Positions 11,901-22,600 of a stretch of DNA of 64,000 bases are shown one piece after another. The stretch is from positions 223,758,001-223,822,000 of the forward strand of contig NC_067402.1 of assembly GCF_016432865.1 (NCBI RefSeq). Direction: 5' to 3'. The DNA comes from Antechinus flavipes (Eukaryota). The notes under the pieces were generated by a model, which worked only from the letters and a program-made list of their open reading frames with translations, was not told the origin of the DNA and ran no database searches. Within the stretch, counting starts at the first letter, position 1, and every line of letters starts with the position of its first letter. A program made the position numbers and the translations under genes.

Positions 11901-13304
11901 AGGATAAACTCCTTGAAGGCAGGGGGAGTTTTTTCTTTTCTTTTTTTTTTTTAAATCATCACATTGCCATTGCCTACTAGAGTGCTATACATAGCTTACC
12001 AGGTATTTGTTGAGTTCAGTCATAAAAACAGGATTCAATAATTGTTCCCCAACTGGTTATATCCTATCCCCAGAATGCCAGACCCAATAGCTAAAAAGTG
12101 ACTAGAGGCTCAAGGGTAAATAGAAATGCAGATACCCAGAAACAGAGAGAGCAGATACAGTTGGTTTGTCTCCTAGAAAAGGTCAAGTTCCTTCCAGACT
12201 TGTGCATGGTCTTCTGAACTCACAACTGTCCCTTTCTGTATCCCATTATCTGTATCCTTGTCTTTGAAACTACCTTGTTTCTCTATTTTGTTCGTGTCCC
12301 TGCCTGCCAGTCCCTGTTAGTCTATTTGTCTTTGTCTTCCTTTTGTCCAGTAATGGGGGTGCACCCCTTACCCATTTTCCCACGTCCCCAGAATTCTGCT
12401 TGGCTTTGTTCTCCCAGTGGCAGTGGGGGGTGGGGGTGGGGGCTGGGGCAGTACATGTGGGAGGAGTGAGTAGTGGCCGGCCCAGGGGCCCGGGACATGA
12501 GCACAACTTTCCGAGCCTCTCTTCCAGGCCCCTGTGGTTGGGGAGCTCCATGGAGGGAGTGATGAGTCAGCTGGGCCACAGAGCCAGGGTGGGAGAAGGG
12601 GGGGCATGAAGTGAGGGGGATGCCGGGGTTCCCCAGAGAGTAGAAGAACAAGCCCCACGGAGACAGCTGGGACTGGGAACCTTGGGTTGTATGGGGCATG
12701 TGGAAAGCGGCAAGAACTGGAGGAGAAGCTCTTGTCCCCTCAGGAAGGGCCACCGTTCCCATCATCACCTGGGAAGGGAAAGATGCTCCCTTTGTCTGCA
12801 GGCTGAGACATAAGAATTAGTCCCTAGGACAGCATCCATTAATCTCCAGTCCCTCTCCTCCGAGATTCTATCAATTGTCACTCCCATTCCTTCCTAAGGG
12901 CTTATGGGGGCAGACTATGTCTGGGAAGAAGCGGGGTTCAAGGTGTGGTGCAATAAGTCTGAGTTTGTTTGAAAGTGAACAACTCTGGGTGTTTGTCATT
13001 TATTGTGTGTGAGAAAAGGCATTTACCTCTATTACTCAATATAAAATTAAACGATAGATTTAGCTCCGGAAGGGACCTTAGACGGCACCCTGGTCAACCC
13101 CCTTTTTTGATACATTAAGAAACTGAGCTCCAAAGAGATGAATGGACTTGCCTGTGGTCACATAGTTCATCAATATCAGAGCAGGAATTCAAACCAATGT
13201 CTCCTGACTACAAATTCCGGACTTGTGGCACAGGGAAAAGCTTTTCTGTATTATTATTTGCATAATCATATATATCTGGAAAGAATCTTCGAGATGATCT
13301 AATC

Positions 13305-13481
13305 CAAGGGTTCTCAACCTGGAGACTATGAACTTGTTTATTAAATAGTTTGATAACTATTTTTCAATATCACTGTCCACTAAGACTTATTTTATTTTAT
13401 ACATTGAAAATCATGATTCTGAGAAGGGGTCCAGAGCTGCCAAAGGGGTGTGTAATACATACACAAATTTAAGAGCTCCTG
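13305..13481. mobile_element. hAT-type MITE with TIRs and near-perfect 8-bp TSD
   Basis: TIR-like ends CAAGGGTTCTCAA and TTAAGAGCTCCTG; flanks ATCTAATC (13297-13304) and ATCTAAGC (13482-13489). Confidence 0.65.
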
Positions 13482-14220
13482 ATCTAAGCCAGTCCTCTTG
13501 TTTTATAGATGAGCAGATTAATGAGGTCCAAAGAGAGTTATACCCTTGCCTTGAGTCCATTTGCCAGTCCCAAGATTCCCCTTTGGGAAACCTTGATGCC
13601 TCTACCTATCAAATAGGTAGTTAATGTCAGAGCCAATTCAAAATAAGGTCAGCTGACTATAAATATAAGATTTTGGGACATAAGAATATGGGACAAGGGA
13701 AGTGACTATTCACTGTTCCATATATAATCACATTATATGTTTTATATAGTCAGGATGTCTCAAAAGTCTTAGTTCAATTATAAACCTTTAAAGTGGTACA
13801 TGTATATAGAGGTAATATTGTATACTGTCGAAGACAAGTTCAAGGGATCCTTTAACATTCCTCAACAATACATATATGTAATATGTATGTAAATGTATGT
13901 TTGTATAGATTTTTATATCCTAAGAATCCCTGAAGCCTCTGATTGACTGCATATTAATTAACATTATGTTCTAATTGTATTTTTATTTAATGATTTAATT
14001 ATTTATATATAAAATATATAATGTAAAAATAATTGTTAAATATTTCCCAATTATAGTTAATCAGACTTAGGCTTCAGGACAGAAGTGTCATACTGCTGGC
14101 CTAGTTCCTTTGAGGAACTTCCCTTCACCAATGCAATTCAGCATCCCCTCTGCAACTTGTTTCCTGGAAGGCACAGAGAGTTAAATATTTGTCTTGTTTG
14201 TCTTGTTTGTCTATTTTCTT

Positions 14221-14340
14221 TTTTTTTTATTATAGCTTTTTATTTACAAGATAATTTTTCAGCATTGACCCTTGCAAAACCTTCTGTTCCAACTTTTCCC
14301 CTCCTTCCTCCCACCCCCTCCCCAAATGGCAGGTTTTTAT
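14221..14340 (-). mobile_element. Short L1 3' tail fragment
   Basis: Poly-T followed by ATTATAGCTTTTTATTTACAAG...CCCAAATGGCAG; possible 9-bp TSD TATTTTCTT at 14212-14220 and 14341-14349. Confidence 0.7.
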
Positions 14341-17300
14341 TATTTTCTTATAAGCGTGTTAGTCCATCAGGAATCTCTCTCATGTGTATATATATAAATA
14401 CACACATATGTGTATACATGTATATACACATACTTACATATATGTACATGTATGTATACATATATGCGCTTGTGTGCATTAATGTGAATCTCTGGGTTTG
14501 AGTCAATATTAAGAATAGCTTTCAATGAGGAGTATAAGTTTAGGCCATTTAGAATGTCTGTCCATGTGATCTTCTGTTAATATGGGCATGTCTGAGTGGA
14601 TTTCTCTCAGTGTACTAAGCGTCTATAATTATATCTATACAATTGTCTCTGTCCTAGAGTGTGTATCTGCGACTCATTCATGTCCAAGGGAGCTAACATT
14701 TCTGGATCCTTTGCCAATCTAAGGCTGAAGGGAGGGAAGGGTTAAAGAAAAGGCTAATCTGGTGCACTGAAAAGTCAAAAAGGATGAGGTACCAAGATTT
14801 CCCAAAGGGTCAGAAGATTCTCAGGACCTGGCAAATGGACTCATACCCCACAGTCCCCAGTGATCACTCCAAAGCTCATCACCTAAAATAGAGAAAGGTT
14901 TTCTATCCAACCCACCTAGAACCAAATTTCATTTGATTTCCCAACTCACTTGCCTTTTTTTTTTTTTTTTGGAGGGAGATCAAACGGTAGGGGGTGATGG
15001 CTTAAATATGGGGGGGTTTCTTTGTGGTCCTACCCAGGCCTGGGGTTGAAGGGGGGCAGTAAATGGAAGAAGGATGGTACTGGCCCACTCCTTCTCTTAT
15101 GGGACATCCAAAACCAGCATCTGGGTGGCCGTGGGTGGAGGCCGAGGGGCCCCCGGGGGTGGTGGTGGGGGGTGGATGGAAACCAGATGCCTGGGGGGTT
15201 TATACTGGAAGGACCAGAGCCGCAGCCTCCACCCGCCCCTTGCCACATGGCGCCTTCTTCTGTGCCTCCTCCACCTCCTGCAGGGTGGAAGAGGGCGGGA
15301 GGGAGGCAGAGGGGTGGGAGGAGAGAAGGGGAGATCCTTTCCTCTGTCAGGGGTCTGGAGGACAGCTGAGCCCAGGCAGTTCATCTCATAACCTGCAGGC
15401 TAGGTGAGGGGCAGCAGAACAGAGAAGGGGGAGAGTGTGAATCTGGTGTCCGAGGGCTGGGGAACAGGACAGATAGTGTGGCTAGGCAGGCAGAGGGGAT
15501 CCAGAGGACCGAGTCCTTAGGCCATTATCTTCAGATCCAGGGACATTCCCCAAAGTCTCTCTGATTCTGCCCTTCTCTCTCTGAAGATCCCCAATCTTTT
15601 TCCACATAGAGACTTGACTGGTAATTTCATTGATAGAAAGGAAACCTCACTCTGCCAATGCAGGTGATATCTTTCTGCAATTAGAAAGTTTGTGGAGAAG
15701 TTAAGTGATTTCCCCAAAACCACACAGCCGGTATATGTCAGAGGAAGACCATGAACCTGTCACTTTCTAGCCTGGATGCCAGCTTTCTATCGACTACCCA
15801 AAGTTGCTTCTTTTTTTTTTTTTTCCCCAATAAGATTAGAACAAAATCTAATTTCTGGAAGCTTGGGTCTTAGTAGAATATAGGGAAGATGCTCTTTTCT
15901 TAATCTATCTTTTTTAAATTGTTGGTAATAGGGAAAAAGGGAAGAGAATTCCTTTTTCCCTCATCCAGTTTTCTCTGTCAATCTGTCATATGATGGTAAA
16001 CTTTTTACAAGTATTATCTAATCTGATCTTCACAACAACCCTAGGAAATAGGTACTATTATCACCCCCATTTTACAGATGAGGAAACTGAGGTTAAATCA
16101 CTTTCCCAGAATCAAACAGCTAATAAATGTTTGAGAGGCCTGGGCTTTATTTACTATACTACCTAGCTGATATGTCTCTTATTTTTTTTCCCTTCCTTGG
16201 TCATGTTTTTCCTATTCTTGTCCTCTCTCTTAGTCCTTATTATTTTTCCCTTCCTTTACACTTCTAACCAACGAAACACGATTTTGTCTCTTCCTCTCTT
16301 TCTTAGCTTTTTCTCATGTCTCTGTTCTTAAAATTAATCACCTCCTTTTTTTTCTTGCTTCTCTTTCCCTTTTATTTCCCCCTCCTCCCCCCCGCCTCAG
16401 TTTCTACTGTGGCCTGTCTAGAATTAAATCTCTGTCCTAGTTTACATTTGGAATAATCTGTTTCCTTGGCCAACCATGAGAGGGAGCGACTCAGATGTCC
16501 AGTGCTTAGGGCTTTGGGGTCAAAAGGTCATAGGGACACCCCATCATGGGTACTTCCTCTTGGGTAGACGGGTGGAGGAGACCCATGTAATCATCAGATG
16601 CAATTATAAGCTATTTATACCAGGATTTCAGCCCCCCTCCACCTGCCCAGGCCCACTTAACTCTGCCTACTCGACAAACCAGGTCATTTCCTCTGGTCAT
16701 GTATTTACTCTATCTCTCTGCCTTTCTGTCTCCTTGTCTTGGGAGTTTTTTCAGTATCTCTACTTTTTTCTGCTTTTCTTGCTCTATAATCCTTTCTTTG
16801 AATTTCTTGGAATCTTGGAATTTGGAGAAACCAAGGTTTAAATCCCAGCACTAATTGCTAGAATTTCCCCTGGGAAACTGGGAGGACCCTATAGAGAAAC
16901 TGAACAAAGAGGAAAAAAAATCAGTGGGGAGGGGAGATGAGGAAGGGGACAGATGTGAGGAGAGAAAAGAGAAAGGAACGGGGTATCATTCCTCCCAAGG
17001 GTGGGGCTAGGGTGGGGTGGGAGGGGGGAAACATCTTACGAAACAACCTGAGCCGGCTGGGCCCCTCTGTGGGAGAGTTGCCGGTTTCACCACTCAAATA
17101 CCAGGCCCACTCCTCCTGCCCCACCAGCATCCCCCAGGCCCCGCTTTCAGGTCAGACACCTTTGGGGTTACTCTCCCAATCTCCCTCCCCTCCCCTGCTT
17201 TGCTCTCTCCATTTCCCATCTCACCCAGCTGGGAAGTCCTTCCTGAGACCAGTCCTCCATGCTTTCAGTACAGAATGCACAGAGGAATGGCAATGATAAA

Positions 17301-17472
17301 GTAGTAAGTTAACTCCCTCCCGGCATCATTGTCTGGATGACATAAAGATGAACCATAGAAATCACATTTCTGTCTGGGTAGGCTAGACTGTCAAGGGATG
17401 ATGGAGACTGTGCTCCTGCTTCAACATCAGCAGCAGCTACTTTCAAAGTTTGCTTTAAAAATAATATCTTAT

Positions 17473-17881
17473 GATTGGACTGTGATGGACTTGGCTCTTT
17501 TCAACAATGAGGTGATTCAGACTTGTGATGGACAGAGCCATGTGCATCCAGAGAGAGGCTGTTGGGGCTGAATGTGAATCAAAACACAGTTTTGTTTTGT
17601 TTTGTTTTTTTACCTTTTTTGTTGTCGTTTCCTTGCTTTGTGTTTTCTTTATCATTTTTCCCCTTTTTGATCTGATTTGTTTTGTGCAGTATGATAAATG
17701 TGGAAATATGTATAGAAGAATTGTACATGTTTAACATATATTGGATTACTTGTTGTCTGAGGGAAAGGGTGGAGAGTAGGGAGGGAAAAAATTTAGAACA
17801 CAAAGTTTTGCAAGGACGAATATTGAAAACTATCTTTGCATATATTCTGAAAAGAAAAAGCTATTGGGTTTTTAAAAAAAG
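17473..17881 (+). mobile_element. L1 3' fragment with 14-bp TSD, inserted into a CORE-SINE
   Basis: TSD AAATAATATCTTAT at 17459-17472 and 17882-17895; SINE sequence resumes afterwards (CCCATTTTACAGATGAG). Confidence 0.85.
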
Positions 17882-18718
17882 AAATAATATCTTATTTTCT
17901 CCTCACAGAAACCCTGAAGGTAAATGCTATTCCCATTTTACAGATGAGTAAACTGAAGCACACAGCATTAGTAAATGTCTAAGGTGAGATTTGAACTCAG
18001 GTTTTCCTGATTCCAGGTCCAGCACTTCTGTCTACTTCAGCCCCCATGTAAGTGGACTCCTAGGAGGACTTGATGAAGAGGAAAAATGGATTGTTGGAAT
18101 GAAACCAGGAAAGTTCCAGCTACCTTGTCCCCTCTCCCTAGGAAATTTTAAATCTTATTGAGTCTAGGTGGTCAGATGTCTGGGTCCCACTGTCCAAAGT
18201 AGATCGAGCTTTGGTCCACCCTCCTCCCTTCCTTCCCCACATCTGACTTTTATTCCATATTGGGTTTCACTAGTGTCTTGCACATCATCTTGGACTCTCA
18301 GCAAACAGTTATTGGATGAGCGAATAAATGACTGAATGAATGATGTTCCTAGCAAAGAAGTTCTGGGGGTCTGACGATCTTCCCCGAAGTTCCTTTCCAG
18401 ACAGGGACGCCTGGAACCTGGACAGCAAACACTTCTCCTCCTCCAGGTCCTGTCCACAGCACAGCCTGGGCACGCGCGCACAGGGCTCCCCCACGCTCTC
18501 CCCCTGGCTCAGCCTTCCTGATTTAGGGGGAAAGAAGCGTGTGGGAGTCCGCGTGTGTCCGGAGATGTGCGCCGGACGGGGGGATATCTGGGTGGTGTGC
18601 GCTTGTTCGTGTTTTTGTATATCGTGTCACCAAACCCATTTGTGGCTGTGTTTGTCAACATATATATTTGAATTTTTTTTTAATCTATGTCTGAGTATGT
18701 AAAGCTGTGTGCCTTTGT

Positions 18719-18720
<2 letters not shown>

Positions 18721-18752
<32 letters not shown>
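18721..18752. repeat. (GT)16 microsatellite upstream of SP7
   Basis: Direct read. Confidence 0.95.
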
Positions 18753-18754
<2 letters not shown>

Positions 18755-18799
18755 TCCCTGTGTTTGTCAGTGTGTGTCAGTGTGTTCCAGTCTCTGTGT

Positions 18800-18888
18800 G
18801 AGTGTCGTCCCCAATCCCCCATCCCCCCCACCCTGGATCTCTAATTAGTGGTTTGGGGTTTGTTCCTTCTCCCTCCTGTTTCTTCCCT
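18800..18888 (+). promoter_or_regulatory. SP7: Putative SP7 upstream promoter
   Basis: C-rich boxes, homeodomain site TAATTA at 18842-18847 abutting AGTGGTTT (RUNX-like); precedes a candidate non-coding exon. Confidence 0.55.
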
Positions 18889-18908
18889 CAGTAGCAGCAG
18901 CAGCAGCA

Positions 18909-18939
<31 letters not shown>
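18889..18939 (+). repeat. Interrupted CAG repeat: CAG TAG (CAG)5 GAG (CAG)9
   Basis: Direct read. Confidence 0.97.
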
Positions 18940-18941
<2 letters not shown>

Positions 18942-19117
18942 CATTGGAGCTGGAATCGGAGAAGTGGTCCGGGGCTGGATCCAGAGTGAGCACAAGCTCG
19001 GAAGGCAGAGAAGATCTGGCACCCACCTGAGGCCCAGAGGCCATCCCCGCACTCCCATTCCCAGTCCTAGAGCCCTGAACAGGAGGGACCCGGCTCAGCC
19101 AGCTCAGCACACCTCAG
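18889..19117 (+). other. SP7: Candidate non-coding alternative first exon of SP7 (short isoform); 5' end approximate
   Basis: No ATG in the segment; ends at CAG|GTACCC donor (GT at 19118-19119); a short SP7 isoform starting at MLTAAC is known in eutherians. Confidence 0.5.
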
Positions 19118-19389
19118 GTACCCAGACTGAGAGGGCCCTGGAGAAGACTCCTCCTGTGGTTACCTTTGAAGTTGGGAGGTGAGGTCGGGGTAGGACACCA
19201 AAGTCCCCTCCCTTTACCGAGCTCCTCTCCTGAGGTTAGGAGGTCCTAGCATCACTTTGTCCCTGGGACCCTCCTCTCCCTTGCTCCTCTTCCTCCAGGG
19301 TCCCCTTTTCCATTCTCCCCGAGATCCCTTCTTTGGGGAGCTCAGCAAATGGAGCAGGAAATTTGGACCCTCTGCCTCCCTCTCTCGCC

Positions 19390-19638
19390 CTCCTCATTGG
19401 ATCGGGAGCCTTCTCCGAAGGGAAAGCTGTAATTAGAGGGTGGATCCCTACAGACAGAGAGCAGCCCCCCCACCCAACCCCCCCAGTTCCTTCTAACTTT
19501 AGATCTCTTCTCTCCCAGTCAACCTCTCTCCCTCCCTCTCCCCTCTCCCCTTTCTTTCTCTCTCTTTCTCTGGATCTCTATCCCCCGGCTCCATCTCAGT
19601 CTCTTCATCTGCCTGACTCTTTGGCACCCACTTCCAGG
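19390..19638 (+). promoter_or_regulatory. SP7: SP7 proximal promoter and 5' UTR
   Basis: Reverse CCAAT (ATTGG, 19396-19400), TAATTA at 19430-19435, pyrimidine-rich leader to the ATG. Confidence 0.6.
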
Positions 19639-19659
19639 ATGGCATCCTCTCTGTTAGAG
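19639..19659 (+). CDS. SP7: SP7/Osterix coding exon 1 (MASSLLE)
   Basis: ATG GCA TCC TCT CTG TTA GAG followed by GTAATT donor; matches the known Osterix N-terminus and joins in frame to 25001. Confidence 0.93.
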
Positions 19660-22600
19660 GTAATTGATTCTTTCCCCCCTCCACCCCCAGAAATAGGACC
19701 AGATGTCCTGGGGCTTACTGGGCCTCAGTTTCCCCTATGTCATACCCAATCCAGGGACCAAGATTCTGGAGGCAGGGCTGAGTTCCTCTGATGAGTGGAC
19801 AGGGTGGGTAGGAGGTAGGCTTGAAAGGGAGTTAGCAACATGTAAATGGAAAGACAGAGCAGGAAAGGTGTACTGGGGGTATGGAGGTATTAGGACAGAC
19901 AGAAGGGAAGGGATCAGTTCAGAGGTGAGAGATGGAAGGAAGAGATGAGGATTCATGGAACAGAGATATAGATGAGTAAAAATCAGATGACATGCTTATG
20001 GTTACAGGAGGTGAGATGTAAGGAATAAAAGACAGAGGCCAGAGAGTGCAGGGAGTGGACAGCTGGGGAAGGGGCTGTGGAGACTTCTGGCCCCAAGCGT
20101 CATCTGGGTCTCGTTTGTGTTGGGGAGGGGGTTGTCTGGGAGGGGGCTGGAATATTGGGATGCTAGCCTGAGGGTGGCGGGGGTTAGGAAGAGTGGAATG
20201 AAAAGACTGAGAGTTTAAGGACTGGGACAGACCTAGCCATGTGTGTGTCAGAGGTGGTGGGGACCCTAAGCTTAGGGAAGAAAGGGAATTCAAGGGGAGG
20301 GATGGGGTCTAGGGCTGCCTGCCCGGCTTGCAAATATTTAGCTTTCAGCCAAAGACAAACTTAGCTCTATTTTGGGAGTGGGTGGCTCCTGAATGGGTTG
20401 GGCCACTTCCCCTCTGGGCTAGGACCCCAGCATCCCTAGCTCCTGTAACTGAAGGCAACAAGGACACTCTGAGGTCTGGGTCTAGGACCCTTAACTTCTG
20501 AAATGATGAGGACTGGGGAGGGAAATGTAGGACTGAAACCACAAACTAGAGCAGATGCAGAGAGAGGCTGGGAGTACGGAGAGGCAGTGGGATCCCAGAG
20601 TTCAGACTCAGGGCCCATTTCCTTGTCCCAAGTTCCCTGCAAAAGTTCACTTTCTCTCTCTCTCTCTCTCCATTTCTATGTATCTTTCTCGGGCTTAAGA
20701 ATTAGAAAATCATAATTGGAAGGTACATTAGGGCTCACTGGGGTCCTGGGTGTTTCCTGGGTCTTCTGTCACTTGGATCGGAACCCTCCTTCGGACTCTC
20801 TAGACCAGGGGTGAAAAAGCCCAAGGCTGCACTGCCATCATTTTGCATGTTAAAAGACGGATTTTGTGTGTGTTTGGGTATGAAAATATGCTACAGCTGC
20901 GCATCCATTCACTGGGATGTTGGTATGTTTGTAGGTCTGGGGAGAAAGAATTGTGATTGTCACTATATGTAGATGTGATACTGTGCCTCAGAACACTATT
21001 CCTCTTCCAGCCTGGAAAGGGAGAGGGAGAAAATGATTAGATCCTCTCTCCATCCTCTGGCCTTCCTGGCCATGGGCTATGTAAGGAGTTGTATATAGGG
21101 GAGGAAGGGACTCAGGTACCTTAGGGTATCTCTGGGTGTCAGGGCTGTTGACGTGGCGTGGGTGCTTGGGGGAAGGACCGACCAGGGGCCCTATGGCCTC
21201 TGATGGGCAGAGAGAACAGGACCAGAGGTACATGTATAAAAAACTGACTCTCTTTTCTATTTCTTTATTTTCTATTAATTGGAGTCTTTCCCAATTCTTC
21301 ATTTCTTTCACCTAAGGAGCCTTTTAATTTGGGAGGTAGGTGGGAGGCAGTTTAAGGTAGAAGGGAATTTTGGACTCCCTATTGGAACTGATACGTTTTT
21401 GGCTGGCCTAGCTTTTGGAATGATCCTTAGCCCTTCTCATCACTACTCACCTTACTTCTAACATACATATAGTAGGGGAGATGGGCAGAAGAAAGAAAGA
21501 AGTGGGATTTTGGAGAATTGAGAACTAGGGGATGGAAAAGGCCTAAAAATAATGGAGACCTTGGAACTGGAAGCTTGGATTCTTGAAATTGGTCACCTAT
21601 GAGGCAATATTTTTTAAGATATTATGTATAAGGTAAGCTATAGACAGAGAGAGGAGGATCTGGGAAGAATAGGATAAAGGATACCGTGCTGGCCATACAA
21701 CATAGACATACACACCCACACCCCCTTTCTGCTTCCCACTGGTTCAATGTCAAAGACTGCTATAATTGGAATCAAAGGAACCCCGAGTTCAAATCTTGGC
21801 TCTGGCACACATTGTGTGTTGGCCCCAGTTACAAAACTTAGAATTATAGTCACTGCACACAAACCTTTCTTTTCTCCTTCTTTCTATTTTGCAGATGAAG
21901 AAACTGAGATTGGGAGAAGTTAAATGACTTGCCTAAATTCATGAAGTTAATCATTGCTGCTTTTCTGTCTCTAAATCTATAGATTCTATGATCTCCCCAA
22001 ATTCAACTAAGATAAGTCAAAATGAAGTTATTTATGAAGGAAGAAAAGGAAAGGAAAAGAAGCAATTTGTGATGATTCTCCTTCCTCCCATCCATCTCAG
22101 GGCTCTGGACAATCTGAGTAGACAAGATAGTTTCAGAGTCCATAAAAAAATTTAGTCCCTGGGGGAAAAAAAGGGGGTTGCCTGCTGAAGGGAAGAAGAA
22201 TTATATGGGGAGATCTGTACTCTTGGATCCCAGGAAGATATTAAAGTGTTCTAGGAAGGAGAGAGGGGAGTTAGTGGGGTTGAACAAAATAGATCTGAAA
22301 TAAGCGGGACTCTCCTAAGCTTTAGCAGAGCTTGGGGCTCCAAATGAATGAAAGGGAATTGCCTATTTCTGTAGAGGGAAATTCAGGTACAAAGGGATGG
22401 AACTTGGGCATCCTGCCCCACCTTCTCCCCAGTATCCAGCCTCTGGAATGGACCCCAATGTCCTGTCTGGCTCCACCTTGACACTCCCCTGGCTCCTCAA
22501 GGACCATCTCTCCCTGAGTCTGGGGTCCACGAGCGGCCCCAGATCATCCCCCACCCCGTCCCTGCTTCCTCCCTCTCTCCCCACAGCTGGGTGGGGTCCC

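Noticed and set aside
4382-13780. TIR-like CTAAGACTTTTGGGACA (about 4388) and its near reverse complement (about 13757)
   Set aside because: They point outward rather than enclosing an element, and are better explained as separate fragments of a Tc1/mariner-type MITE
18841-19110. Poly-Leu and poly-Ser ORFs on the minus strand
   Set aside because: Translation artefacts of the CAG repeat with non-ATG starts
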